A stretch of 64,000 nt of DNA, from NCBI GenBank assembly GCA_963712275.1, contig CAVQHD010000001.1:64001-128000 (forward strand), written 5' to 3'. The DNA is from an uncultured Rhabdochlamydiaceae bacterium (GTDB lineage: Bacteria; Chlamydiota; Chlamydiia; Chlamydiales; Rhabdochlamydiaceae). Numbering within the stretch: position 1 is the stretch's first letter; every line of letters starts with the position of its first letter. The translations under genes were made by a program, and so were the position numbers. Positions 19,252-29,549 of the stretch are shown in pieces. The notes beneath the pieces are model-generated. The model had not been told where the DNA came from and made no database searches. It saw nothing but the letters and a program-made list of their open reading frames with translations.

Positions 19252-19665
19252 TTAGAGTTTTAGTTGCGTGATGAGGATGCGGCACATCTCTTTGGTTTCC
19301 TGAAATGTCAAATGATGTGCCGCTTCTTTTAAAAGAACCCACTTTGCATCTTGGATCTCCTCTGGCTGAAGCCGAACTTCTCCTTTAACGAGAGCTGGAA
19401 AATACTGAACGGTTTTGACAATTGTTTGCCCTTTTCGGCGAAATTCATACTGCTCAACCAAAGGGGTTTCCTGTAAGAGTTTTTCAACTTCAAGCCCTGT
19501 TTCTTCTTGGAGTTCCCGTTTAGCAGATTCAAGCGGCGTTTCACCGATGTTGCTGCGCCCTTTTGGAAAAGCCCAATGCCGTCCTCCGCGATGTAAAATT
19601 AAAAGAACGGTCCACACCTCCTCCTGTTTCTGCAAAGGGATAATGCCAAATGATGATTCTTGCAT
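19252..19665 (-). CDS. NUDIX hydrolase (Ap4A hydrolase-like)
   Basis: HWAFPKG..GETPLESAKRELQEETGL Nudix box. Confidence 0.92.
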   Translation of the reverse strand: MQESSFGIIPLQKQEEVWTVLLILHRGGRHWAFPKGRSNIGETPLESAKRELQEETGLEVEKLLQETPLVEQYEFRRKGQTIVKTVQYFPALVKGEVRLQPEEIQDAKWVLLKEAAHHLTFQETKEMCRILITQLKL

Positions 19666-19667
19666 CT

Positions 19668-20930
19668 TTATTTTCCGGTGGTATAGGGGCCAAAAACAAG
19701 GGTCGAATTATGCCCGCCGAATCCAAACGAATTTGACAGCGCTGCTGTCACCTGTTTGAGGCGAGGCTGATTGGGAATATAGTCCATATCTGCAATGATC
19801 TCTTCAGGTTCATCGACGTTGATCGTTGGATGTAGCTTCCCTGTCTGAATCGCTTTAATCGTTGCAATCGCCTCAATTCCTCCGGCAGCTCCCAAACAAT
19901 GTCCAATCATCGATTTTGTTGCGCTGATCGAAAGATGTTTGGCATGAGCTCCAAAGTACTTCTTTATTCCCAAAATCTCACACACATCTCCGACGAGGGT
20001 CGATGTGGCATGAGCGTTAATATAGTTCACCTGCTCTTTGGGAATCTCAGCATCGGCAATGGCAAGCTCAATACATTCTGCAACGCCCGACCCATCTTCT
20101 CGAGGAGAGGTCATATGGTAAGCGTCGCAACCTACGCCCCCTCCAAGATACTCAGCAAAAATGGGAGCTCCTCGCTTGAGGGCATGTTCAAGCTCCTCTA
20201 AAACGAGAACGCCGGCCCCCTCTCCCATGACAAAGCCGTCTCTCTTTTTATCCCAAGGGCGAGAGGCTTTTTGCGGCATATCATTTCTCTCCGAGAGCGC
20301 TTTGCAAGCAATGAACCCTGCAAGCCCAATTGGCGTCAAAGGAGCCTCGGCCCCTCCACACAACACAACATCTGCTTCGCCGCGGCGGATATGCTGCGCT
20401 GCTGCAAAGATGCAGTAGTTGGAAGTTGCACAGGCTGTCGAAATTGAATAATTAGGGCCTGTAAAGCCAAGATCAATTGCAAGAAGGGCTCCGCCCATAT
20501 TGGTGATAATAAAGGGAACAAAGAAGGGAGAAATCCGTCGGTATCCATCTTTCAAAAGCGTTTCAACCCCTTCCGAAAATGTCTTCATCCCTCCCATTCC
20601 GGAACCGATCACAATGCCGCACCTGCTCTTATTAAGACGCATCAATGCGTCCCCTGAAAGCAAGCTTTGCTCCAGTGCTTTTTTACCAGCAACCGCGGTA
20701 TATCGAATGAAAGGATCAACGCGTCTAGCCTGCTTTTTGTCCAGGTAATCTCCGACATCAAACTGCCGGATAGCTCCTGCAAAGCGTGTAGGATAATTTT
20801 CACAAGGGAACTCTTCAATTGGAACAATCCCACTTTGCCCTTTCAGAAGCTGATCATAAAATAGGTCGACGTCATTGCCGAAGCAAGAGACAATGCCCAT
20901 ACCTGTAACTACAATTCTTTTCTTAGTCAT
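19668..20930 (-). CDS. fabF: 3-oxoacyl-ACP synthase II
   Basis: STACATS, NAHATST, TKSMIGHCLGAAG, SNSFGFGGHN. Confidence 0.97.
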   Translation of the reverse strand: MTKKRIVVTGMGIVSCFGNDVDLFYDQLLKGQSGIVPIEEFPCENYPTRFAGAIRQFDVGDYLDKKQARRVDPFIRYTAVAGKKALEQSLLSGDALMRLNKSRCGIVIGSGMGGMKTFSEGVETLLKDGYRRISPFFVPFIITNMGGALLAIDLGFTGPNYSISTACATSNYCIFAAAQHIRRGEADVVLCGGAEAPLTPIGLAGFIACKALSERNDMPQKASRPWDKKRDGFVMGEGAGVLVLEELEHALKRGAPIFAEYLGGGVGCDAYHMTSPREDGSGVAECIELAIADAEIPKEQVNYINAHATSTLVGDVCEILGIKKYFGAHAKHLSISATKSMIGHCLGAAGGIEAIATIKAIQTGKLHPTINVDEPEEIIADMDYIPNQPRLKQVTAALSNSFGFGGHNSTLVFGPYTTGK

Positions 20931-21000
20931 AGGAAAAGGATAACGGAAAGAATCAATTACTTCAATCGATTATCTTTTGAACAGGACTGATATAATTTAT

Positions 21001-21366
21001 TTAATATGAAGTACTTGTGTCAATTTGAAGATCGAGAATTTGACTTTCTCTCCAAAGATCTTCTAGCCGGTATCGATCACGCAACCCAGGCATGAAAAGG
21101 TGCACCATGATCTCCAAGAAATCGAGGACAATCCAATCCCCTGTTTTGAGCCCTTCAACGCAGATGGGCTTGATACCTTCTTCTTTAAGCGCTTTGATCA
21201 CAGCTTCCGCAATAGCAATGACATGCCGATCGACGTTTCCTTCAGCAATGATCACATAATCGGTGAGAGAAGAGATTCCACGAACATCGAGGCCTAGGAT
21301 ATTAAACCCTTTTTTATCAAAAATCACCTGCGCTATCCGATTTAAAGTCGTGATAGAGCTATTCAT
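21001..21366 (-). CDS. rsfS: ribosome silencing factor
   Basis: DKKG.NILGLDV, WIVLDF.EIMVHLF, RYRLEDLW; ATG 21366 overlaps the nadD stop. Confidence 0.92.
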   Translation of the reverse strand: MNSSITTLNRIAQVIFDKKGFNILGLDVRGISSLTDYVIIAEGNVDRHVIAIAEAVIKALKEEGIKPICVEGLKTGDWIVLDFLEIMVHLFMPGLRDRYRLEDLWRESQILDLQIDTSTSY

Positions 21367-21971
21367 GCCAAAGTTTGATAAAGTCGATGTGCTTGAATGT
21401 AATCCCATACTTTTCCTGGTAGTAAATGACCTGCATATTGCTCTTTTTCGATCCTTGCGCGAACCCAAGAGCTGCTAATCTCTAAGCGTGGAATGGACGT
21501 CCACCCTTTCTTTAAGAGCTGGCGAAAAACAGGAGAACATCCTTTGAACTGAAAAGCCACCTCTTTTTCTCGACTTCCTACAAGAGGAGAAGCGAGCTGA
21601 ATCAATTCATCTACTTCCTTCCACGTTGGAAGCGATGCTGCCGCATCTTCACCAAGAAAAAGGCAATACTGCTTCGTGCTGCCCCCATCTGCCTCAATAA
21701 GGGCTCGAATGGTATCAATCGTGTAACAAGGGTCTGTGTTTTGCAGCTCGGTATCTAGAAGCGTGAAGTGTGGGAAAGGGGCTATTGCCGCTGTGACCAT
21801 CGCCCGGCGGTGCTCTTTAGAGGCATAAGGCAGCCTCAGCCTCTTATGCGGAGATTGGCTTGTCGGACAAAAGAAGACCTCATCGATTCCATGCCGCTCA
21901 GAAAGCTCTAAAGCAAGATGTAAGTGTCCATTATGAATAGGATCGAAGCTTCCTCCAAAAAATCCTTTCAA
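21363..21971 (-). CDS. nadD: nicotinate-nucleotide adenylyltransferase
   Basis: GGSFDPIHNGH, SPHK, YTIDT, EISSS. Confidence 0.93.
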   Translation of the reverse strand: MKGFFGGSFDPIHNGHLHLALELSERHGIDEVFFCPTSQSPHKRLRLPYASKEHRRAMVTAAIAPFPHFTLLDTELQNTDPCYTIDTIRALIEADGGSTKQYCLFLGEDAAASLPTWKEVDELIQLASPLVGSREKEVAFQFKGCSPVFRQLLKKGWTSIPRLEISSSWVRARIEKEQYAGHLLPGKVWDYIQAHRLYQTLA

Positions 21972-22675
21972 ATCACTCTCCAGTTACATTGTTTGGCAAT
22001 TTTTGCAAGCCTTCGATCTGGATTAACGGCGACAGGGTCTCCTGCCTGTAGAAATAAGGGAAGGTCGTCGTGGCTATCTGAATAAACAACCGTTTGTTTT
22101 TTGGAAATCCCCAAGCGCCTTTGAATATTCAGAAGTGACTGCCTTTTTCTTGACCCTACCATCAATTTTGAAATCTTACATAAACACCGCTCTTTGTCAA
22201 CTCCATAAACAGTGCTATCCCAATATTGAATCTTAAAATAAGTTGCAAAAGCCCTGACAAGAAAATCAGGCGCGCTGGAAAGCAGCACAATATAATCCCC
22301 CCGTTTTTGAGCCTCTTTGAGCTCATAAAAAGCCGGCTCATAAATAGCTGATGGAAGCAATTGTTTCACAAATTCTTCCACATGAGATTCAAGCGATTCG
22401 ATTGAAAAACCCTTGAGAATTTTATTAAAAACGAGATGGTGAAGATCTTCCAAACTCATTGAAGAGAGAAAAAATTTCCATCGAATAAAAAAAGCCCGCG
22501 CAATCGTTATCATTGAAACAACTCCTCTTTGATAGAGACTTTTCATATAATAATAGCTTGACGTCACAGAAATTAATGTGCGATCCAGATCGAAAACAAT
22601 CAGCTGAGTGTTAGGGCCCTTAGAGGGCACTTTCAAGCTTATCAATCTGGTTTTCAAGTTTTTCAATGGTTGCAT
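21968..22675 (-). CDS. HAD-IB family hydrolase
   Basis: FDLDRTL, YSDSHDDLPL, AVNPD; true start may be downstream. Confidence 0.88.
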   Translation of the reverse strand: MQPLKNLKTRLISLKVPSKGPNTQLIVFDLDRTLISVTSSYYYMKSLYQRGVVSMITIARAFFIRWKFFLSSMSLEDLHHLVFNKILKGFSIESLESHVEEFVKQLLPSAIYEPAFYELKEAQKRGDYIVLLSSAPDFLVRAFATYFKIQYWDSTVYGVDKERCLCKISKLMVGSRKRQSLLNIQRRLGISKKQTVVYSDSHDDLPLFLQAGDPVAVNPDRRLAKIAKQCNWRVI

Positions 22676-24221
22676 TCACTTTATCCAATCGATCTTGTTC
22701 ACTATCGATCAGTTCACGATAACGGATGGCCTTTTCAAAATCAAACCCGGAACTGGCAACTGCCTTGCGGTAAGTCTTCAGCTCGCTCTGAATCTCATTT
22801 CTCTGCCCTTCCCACTCTTCAAGAGCTTGGTAGAGATGATCCAGAGACTCTTTTTGCTCAGAAGAGAGCTGAGAGATCGCTTTTTCTTTTTTATCGATGA
22901 TCGCATCTCTGAGCATTTTCAGTTCATGTTCCAAAAGTTCTCGCTCTGCATGAGAAAGCGGGAGAAGATTGCACTCTTGCTGCAACCGTTCTTTTACCGC
23001 AGCAAGCTCTTCCATAGGCGTCTCGGAGACTTTTTCCATCACCTCTTTAATGCGGTGTTTAAACTGCTCGATTTTTTCTCGTTGCTGACGCTCCATTTCT
23101 TCGACTTTCTTTTCACGCGCTTCTTGATGTTTTGCAAGCCTCTCTTGAATGGGCGAGCGCGCTTTTGCAAGCTGCTCTTTAAGATAATGGATCTCATCAC
23201 GCCCGAGTTCAATTGTTTTCATAAATGTTAAAATTTCTTTCGTTTGCTTTGAAGCCTCTTCATCTGTGAATGTCTCAACTAAGCATCGCTCTGCAAACGG
23301 CTTAATTTTATCCATGACAAGCAGAACATTTTTCTGATTTGCCTCCCGCCTTTCTGAAAGCTCTTTCTTCCACTCTTGATCTTTCTCCTTGAGTAAATCC
23401 CAACACCGGCTGAGCTCAAAACGCATCTTGTTAAATGTTTGTGTATCAAGGGTGAGTTCTTTGGCCATCATCTGAAGCGCCTTAATCCCATTCCTTAAAT
23501 CAAAAATCGATTGGTGGGAAAAACTGTTTTCAGAAAAATGGGTCTCAGAAAACCGCATGACATCTTTTAAAAACTCGGTTGAGATCTGATGGATGAGCTC
23601 TTTTCGTTTAGGAAAAATCTGGTCCCCCGCATGCGAGAGTCTATCGAAAAGCTTGTTCTTAATCCGGATGCGCATCTCTGTCTTAATGATCTCTTTCCGA
23701 AGGCTCGTGACACGTGTTGCAAGGACATTCAAAAGGTAGAGCTCGCGCTGAAGCGATGCATAAAGCTCTTTTTTCTCCATCGGCAGCTGAGCCCCTTCCG
23801 GAATCTGAATATCGACAACTTGCTCTAGAAGCTCACTCAACCTTCCAAGATCTGTCTCGAGCGCCTGAATCGCAAGATCAATTTGTTCGACCGCAAATGC
23901 AGACTCTTCATCTAAAAATACTTTTAATTGACGGGCTTGTGCTGAAAGTTCTGTGTAATCGTGCCAAAGCTGAGAGCGATCCAGAACGGCTAGCGGCTCT
24001 TTAAAAAGTGGGAGGCAGGCATGTTTCGCATCCCAATAATCTTTGAATCGAGGAGTTTTCTCCTCCAAGACCCCCTTCATAAAGGCAAGATAAGATCTGA
24101 TTTTCTCTTCCATTGAAGGAATAGCCTCAAGCTTTTTGGTCAGCTCTTTGACAGCTGGCGACACCGTCTTTTCTTTAATTTTCTCTTTATCAGATGAGGT
24201 AAGTTCTGTTTCACGATCCAT
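22620..24221 (-). CDS. conserved chlamydial coiled-coil protein (CT768-like by position)
   Basis: 533-aa helical ORF between miaA and rsfS; FAVEQIDLAI and GFDFEKA motifs. Confidence 0.75.
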   Translation of the reverse strand: MDRETELTSSDKEKIKEKTVSPAVKELTKKLEAIPSMEEKIRSYLAFMKGVLEEKTPRFKDYWDAKHACLPLFKEPLAVLDRSQLWHDYTELSAQARQLKVFLDEESAFAVEQIDLAIQALETDLGRLSELLEQVVDIQIPEGAQLPMEKKELYASLQRELYLLNVLATRVTSLRKEIIKTEMRIRIKNKLFDRLSHAGDQIFPKRKELIHQISTEFLKDVMRFSETHFSENSFSHQSIFDLRNGIKALQMMAKELTLDTQTFNKMRFELSRCWDLLKEKDQEWKKELSERREANQKNVLLVMDKIKPFAERCLVETFTDEEASKQTKEILTFMKTIELGRDEIHYLKEQLAKARSPIQERLAKHQEAREKKVEEMERQQREKIEQFKHRIKEVMEKVSETPMEELAAVKERLQQECNLLPLSHAERELLEHELKMLRDAIIDKKEKAISQLSSEQKESLDHLYQALEEWEGQRNEIQSELKTYRKAVASSGFDFEKAIRYRELIDSEQDRLDKVNATIEKLENQIDKLESAL

Positions 24222-24280
24222 AGATGTCCATTTTTCAAAATTAGAAGAAGAGTCTAAACGAAACCACGATTTTATGGTAG

Positions 24281-24357
24281 AGAGCTAGTTGCAAAACTCC
24301 AATTTGGGGCCAAACTCGATGAATTTGGCCCCAAATTGGAGTTTTGCAACTGGCTCT
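24281..24357. repeat. 77-bp palindrome (37-bp arms, 2 mismatches, 3-nt loop); MITE-like
   Basis: agagctagttgcaaaactccaatttggggccaaactc-gat-gaatttggccccaaattggagttttgcaactggctct. Confidence 0.8.
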
Positions 24358-24366
24358 AGAGGAAGT

Positions 24367-25398
24367 CTAGTTATTTTGTTCATAATCTTGGATCATCATT
24401 TCCACAGCGGTTTCCGGCCCCAGTTGATGGATATTAAGCCACCGAAAGAGAGGCTCTTCCTTCCGAAACCACGTATATTGCCTTTTAGCATACCGGCGGG
24501 AAGCCCGTTTAAATTCCTCTACAAATGTGTGCCAATCATCTATCGACTGAGGCGTTTGTAAATAGCTCAAGCATTGACGATACCCAATCGCTTGCGAAGC
24601 TGACAAATTATTCCTGAGCCCCTCTTTTTCTAATCTTTTAACCTCATCGACAAACCCTTTTTGAAGCATCTCTTCACACCGATGGTCGAGAATGGGATAT
24701 AAAATTTCCTTTGGTTTATAGAGAAACCAACACCGGAAGTCCAGCTCTTGGGTCGGAGTGCTCATCCTTTCAAAAAACGACACTTTTTGCTGCGTGATGC
24801 GAATAATTTCAAGGCCACGAATGATTTTATGCCGATCTCTAGCCGTAATGGTTGCCGCATACTCAGGATCAAGGGCTTTGAGCTCATCATAAAGGGCAAG
24901 CGCCCCTTTCTGGTCCATTTCTTGCTCGAGCCGAGCCCGAACCTCCGGAACAGAGGCAGGCCCTTGAGGAGGGCCATAAATTAAAGCATGGATATAGAAA
25001 CCGGTCCCTCCAACGACAATCGGAATATGGTCCCGCGCAAAAATCTCACGGAGTGCTTGCTGAACCTCGTGATAAAAATCAACGACATTAAAGGTTTCAT
25101 CAATATCTCGGCTATCGATCAAATGGTGTCGAATCGACTCTCGCATCTCAGGCTTAATCTTTGCTGTGCCGATATCCATTCCTCGATAGACCTGCATCGA
25201 GTCGGCTGAAATGATCTCCCCCCCAATAGCCTGAGCCATCCGTAAGGACATTTCGGTTTTTCCAACACCTGTGGGCCCCGCAACCACAATGATTTTTCTT
25301 TTTCCAGGGGCAAAAGAGATCTTCTGACCCAGCGGCAAATGGAAAGGGCTCATCACCTCTTGAAGTGTTTTATCTCCTAGCGCTGAACCTGATGTCAC
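24367..25398 (-). CDS. miaA: tRNA dimethylallyltransferase
   Basis: GPTGVGKT, DSMQVYRGMDIGTAK, YAKRQYTWFR. Confidence 0.97.
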   Translation of the reverse strand: MTSGSALGDKTLQEVMSPFHLPLGQKISFAPGKRKIIVVAGPTGVGKTEMSLRMAQAIGGEIISADSMQVYRGMDIGTAKIKPEMRESIRHHLIDSRDIDETFNVVDFYHEVQQALREIFARDHIPIVVGGTGFYIHALIYGPPQGPASVPEVRARLEQEMDQKGALALYDELKALDPEYAATITARDRHKIIRGLEIIRITQQKVSFFERMSTPTQELDFRCWFLYKPKEILYPILDHRCEEMLQKGFVDEVKRLEKEGLRNNLSASQAIGYRQCLSYLQTPQSIDDWHTFVEEFKRASRRYAKRQYTWFRKEEPLFRWLNIHQLGPETAVEMMIQDYEQNN

Positions 25399-25408
25399 TT
25401 CTTTATCT

Positions 25409-25642
25409 CTATTCCTGAACGACTTCTAGCCGAACCCGTTGGCCAACACGAGCTCCCACCGTCATTGCAATCATGCGCAAAGCTTTAATGGTTCGCCCTT
25501 GCCGTCCAACAATTTTACCTACATCTTCAGGGGAAACTTTAACTTCGACGATCATCCCACGTTCTCTATTGACAATATTTACATTCACAGCGTCAGGTTG
25601 ATCAACAAGGTTCTTAATCAAGTAGGCAACAAATTCCTTCAT
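25409..25642 (-). CDS. khpA: KH-domain RNA-binding protein (KhpA-like)
   Basis: DVGKIVGRQGRTIKALR GxxG motif. Confidence 0.88.
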   Translation of the reverse strand: MKEFVAYLIKNLVDQPDAVNVNIVNRERGMIVEVKVSPEDVGKIVGRQGRTIKALRMIAMTVGARVGQRVRLEVVQE

Positions 25643-25805
25643 ATATTCAAATCTCTTAGGTTAGGGGTTCGGAAGAAAATAGTGTATCATTACATCTGGA
25701 TTTGAAACAAGGACCATTAAGTCGTTGATAATCAAAAGCTTTTAATTTAAGCATCGCCAAAATTGGATTGTTTTGTTATAATTTTCGTAAATCTCAAAGG
25801 TATCC

Positions 25806-28661
25806 ATGATTTCAAATCATCTTCACTCATTACTCCCTAAAATTTTCCTTTCACCACTCCCTAAAATTTTCCTTTCACCCCGCAGCAGGCAGCTGGGAAT
25901 GCTCGTTTTGGCAGGAGGAGCTGTCGGGGTTTGCTTATGGAAATTTGGCCCCATGTGTTACGACCTCTTCAAAAAGTATTGTCCTCGATCCTCTTCATTT
26001 CCTCCCACCCCAATTGCCGTTTCAGAGACAACGATACCAGAGCTCAACCTCTTTGACACTCTACAAAAGAGTTGGAAAGAGCCTTTACAAGGTTGCAGTG
26101 GGGTTTCTTTGATGCCTTTAGGACTGACCTTTCAATTCCCTACTACCACTAGAGAAAAGATCCGAGCGTTTGAAACACTCTTGAAATCTTCAAACATTGA
26201 ATACCAAAAAATTGAACAACGAGAAAACTGGGTCACTAAAGCCACTCACTTATCGATCTCTTGGAGTTCGATTCAGATGCTGCTAGATTCTCCTATATTT
26301 TTTAACTGGAAAATAGAAGATGCAGAGCTGCTCACCGATATCAAAAGACAGATTGACAATTCTCCGCTGAACGGATACCAACCATTCTACTCTCAAGATA
26401 AAAAAAGCAACGCGCCGCGCACCTTAAATTCATTGGCACTCAGTTTGGCAAATCTAGATCCTACTCTTAGACAACGACTAAAAAACCATGAACGTTCCGA
26501 CACTCCTGAGAAAGACCTTCCCATCTTTCTCATTCAATATGATCAAAAGGCTCAAAATTTTTTAATATATGTTCCGGAAGCGCTAGAGAGTTCCTTTGAA
26601 CTCATCAAATACTCTTTAGCACTGAATGTTGAGCGTAAACCTTTTGTTCATCACCAAGTGAGTTATACGCAAAAAGTGACCGTTTCAAGAGATCAGATGC
26701 GGACCCTTTTAGAGATGCTTGGCCTTAAAAATATCCCAGGCGGGCAAATCACGAGGGGCTCGTCAAAAACCTATGCAGAGGACCTTGAAAAAACAGAGCG
26801 CTTGCATAGCTATTTACCTCAGTATCAAACGACTGTCATGGATACGCTAGAACGATCCCTAACTAGGATTGTTCCCGGTAGTATGGGAGTCTCCCTTCTG
26901 CAAACCGTCTACCACCCTTCAGGAAGCTTAATCATTCGTATTGTTGAAAGCCCATCCCCCTCCATTTTTTCCCGAAATTTGATCGACTATTTGCAAAGCT
27001 TGCTTCCTGCTTCCTCGCTAGATTTAATGCAGGTATCTTCTTCAAGCTGGTCTCCCATTCCTCATCCCGCAGATGGAGGTCATTCTATTGAAATTTCTCT
27101 CCATGAAGAGATTCTTCCCCCCATTCTTTCCGCAGTGTTTCCTCATCAGCACCGTAGGCAAGGGTATCTTGATCAATTAAATCAAATCAAAGCAAGCACC
27201 TATCAGCCCATCTTTATCAAGGGTGATGTTAGAAAAGAATTGCGCCTACTCGACTCAATAGCCCACTCTCTTCTCATGTATGATCCAACGCTTAAAAGTC
27301 TAGCGCTTAAAAACCAAGCAGAGAAAAGTGTCAATTATGCAATAATTCCACAAATTGTCTCAGAAAATGACCATCTATACATCTATCTTCCTGAAACGGT
27401 GCACCAGACCAAGCTCCATCAAGGAGTCTCTTCTCCAATGCCTTATGGAGAATATCTGTCGCTCCTTTACGGCTACGCAGGGCGCGCCGTCGAAAAAACT
27501 CATGTGAATTATAATAGACCGGATCCCGGCTGCAAATATACGTACCGTATTGAGATCCCTACACATAACCAAAGAGCGTTGGAAAAGTTTCTCGTCTTTC
27601 ATCTGCAGATGCGCTCCTTATCGACCTACGACAAAGAGTGGGCCCTAATAAGCTATGGCGAGTATGTAGGAGAGCCTGACGAGTATGCAGAAACTTTCCT
27701 AGAGCTATTTTTATATCATTACGGAAGCGATAACGCCTTTACTCAAAAGCTTGTTAAATTTCAACGCTTCCCCTATGGAAAACTCAACTTGCAAAACCTC
27801 TATTTACGTCCTACTCCTTTTGAATTTCCCTCAAAGCTTCCTTTCTTTACAAAAGAACAAATGATCGCTTGTCTCAGTAAATATATCGGCAAGGATGAAG
27901 CAAACAGGCAAACATTTATCCAAAATATCACTCAGACACTCTCTGATGCTTTTGCCGGAACTAAATTTTTCTCAGGACAGACTTCCAAAGAGAGACGGAC
28001 TGCTGAAGAGCTCATTTCTTTTACACGGTATCTTGTGCAGCTGCTGGGTAAGGAAGAAATCGACGAAGCCCACAAACAAGCCGTCGTGATAAAACTAGCT
28101 GCAGAGTGGACCCTTTGTACAGAAGGGCGCGCAGAACGTGTCCAAAACGCCTGTTTTTCCTTAAGAAGTCCACAAAGTACAGACGATTTACGCGAAGCGC
28201 TTCTACTCTGCGTGCAGGAATATAAAGAAGAGGTCGTGCAGAAGATCATTGCCTCCAACGCTCAATCCGTTCATGTGATGGCTTGGTTAAGAGCTAAAAT
28301 TGGCGAAGAGTATGGACTTGCGGCTCCTTTAAGAACAGATGGTTATGAGGGGGTTGGGGCACTTCAAGATGGAGACGTCGAATACATCAAACAAGCTCTT
28401 TTGAACATCGATGCAAATGAGCTGATCAAAGTCGTTCATACGAGAATGAATGTGAAAACCTCTGAGGGAGTCTTAAGAAACGGAGGGCTCATTGAAAATC
28501 GGCTGCGCGCCATTTTACGAAGAGAGGGAAATAGCGAAAAACAAATAAATCAAAAACTTGATGTACTCATCGAATATGATAAAAACCTGATGTGTCCTGC
28601 AAGTCTAACTGAGACCGCAATCAAGCTCTTACTCATTGACATTGAGGTTCTCTATGGTTAG
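25806..28661 (+). CDS. large hypothetical effector-like protein with N-terminal TM segment and C-terminal Cys-containing helical domain
   Basis: 951-aa ORF; TM segment at about aa 30-47; LAAEWTLCTEG...QSVHV..LR..IG.EYGL near the C-terminus. Confidence 0.75.
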   Translation: MISNHLHSLLPKIFLSPLPKIFLSPRSRQLGMLVLAGGAVGVCLWKFGPMCYDLFKKYCPRSSSFPPTPIAVSETTIPELNLFDTLQKSWKEPLQGCSGVSLMPLGLTFQFPTTTREKIRAFETLLKSSNIEYQKIEQRENWVTKATHLSISWSSIQMLLDSPIFFNWKIEDAELLTDIKRQIDNSPLNGYQPFYSQDKKSNAPRTLNSLALSLANLDPTLRQRLKNHERSDTPEKDLPIFLIQYDQKAQNFLIYVPEALESSFELIKYSLALNVERKPFVHHQVSYTQKVTVSRDQMRTLLEMLGLKNIPGGQITRGSSKTYAEDLEKTERLHSYLPQYQTTVMDTLERSLTRIVPGSMGVSLLQTVYHPSGSLIIRIVESPSPSIFSRNLIDYLQSLLPASSLDLMQVSSSSWSPIPHPADGGHSIEISLHEEILPPILSAVFPHQHRRQGYLDQLNQIKASTYQPIFIKGDVRKELRLLDSIAHSLLMYDPTLKSLALKNQAEKSVNYAIIPQIVSENDHLYIYLPETVHQTKLHQGVSSPMPYGEYLSLLYGYAGRAVEKTHVNYNRPDPGCKYTYRIEIPTHNQRALEKFLVFHLQMRSLSTYDKEWALISYGEYVGEPDEYAETFLELFLYHYGSDNAFTQKLVKFQRFPYGKLNLQNLYLRPTPFEFPSKLPFFTKEQMIACLSKYIGKDEANRQTFIQNITQTLSDAFAGTKFFSGQTSKERRTAEELISFTRYLVQLLGKEEIDEAHKQAVVIKLAAEWTLCTEGRAERVQNACFSLRSPQSTDDLREALLLCVQEYKEEVVQKIIASNAQSVHVMAWLRAKIGEEYGLAAPLRTDGYEGVGALQDGDVEYIKQALLNIDANELIKVVHTRMNVKTSEGVLRNGGLIENRLRAILRREGNSEKQINQKLDVLIEYDKNLMCPASLTETAIKLLLIDIEVLYG

Positions 28662-29508
28662 TGCATTTAATTCGGTTGCAAGTTGTATTTCACACCTTGG
28701 CATGATTCCAGGCGCAAAACCGCTCCAATTTTTCATCGAAAAATTACCGGCGGATGATTGTAAAACTTTTTGGATTGAACCTTTTATACTCATAGGGGAA
28801 GCTTATAAGTATTATTGCCCTGAAGCATACCATGCAAAAAGTGGACAAGGGTGGGTTAAGTGGATTCGGCGTGGAGAAACTATTAGAAGTTGGCTGAGCA
28901 CTGCCGATGCCTTAGCTCAGTTAAGCCCTCTTTTCAAAGCATTTTCCACCCCCATTGATAAAGAGAGACTTCCCCAAAAAAAATATTCCTCACGATACAG
29001 ATGTGACCCCGCACCAAACATAAAAAAGATATCCCCTCTAGGTGAGATAGGATGCCTTGCTAAACGATTTTCTTCCCTTGCCATTTGGCTCATTGCTCTA
29101 GGCGATGCAGCCAATGAGGTACGAAAATACTGCTCTATTCCGCTTTTGATTGAACATACCATGCCTTGGATACAAACAATTTCAGGAATCTATGCCGGGA
29201 TCCAAGGATTCTATGAAGAATTCAGCTTTGCTAGAAGCACGTACATGCACCCCGACTTCCACAATCGAGTGTGGTTTTCGAACCATTTCCATGAGGAGTA
29301 TAGTATAACCATCTTAATCACAAATGCCTGTTCCACCGCCAGCTATGCACTTGAAGGTTTAAGGATTTATCTTGGTGAAAATTCTCTAAAATGGATGCCT
29401 CGAATTAAGTTCTATCTTCAAGTTGCAAATGTTATCCTACCCATTTGCCAACGCGCTTTAAAAGATCAGGTAGAATGGGTACAGCCCGAGCTGCGAGGGT
29501 CTCTTTGA
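28654..29508 (+). CDS. hypothetical membrane-associated protein
   Basis: ATG overlapping the upstream stop region; hydrophobic C-terminal helices. Confidence 0.65.
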   Translation: MVSAFNSVASCISHLGMIPGAKPLQFFIEKLPADDCKTFWIEPFILIGEAYKYYCPEAYHAKSGQGWVKWIRRGETIRSWLSTADALAQLSPLFKAFSTPIDKERLPQKKYSSRYRCDPAPNIKKISPLGEIGCLAKRFSSLAIWLIALGDAANEVRKYCSIPLLIEHTMPWIQTISGIYAGIQGFYEEFSFARSTYMHPDFHNRVWFSNHFHEEYSITILITNACSTASYALEGLRIYLGENSLKWMPRIKFYLQVANVILPICQRALKDQVEWVQPELRGSL

Positions 29509-29549
29509 AATCAAGAGGCAGTTACAAAACTCGCTCTTTCTAGAAACCG

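Noticed and set aside
21367..21468. Long N-terminal extensions of rsfS (also pncC, prmC, htpG, aas and ORF 37305-38177)
   Set aside because: They overlap neighbouring genes; downstream ATGs fit family lengths better
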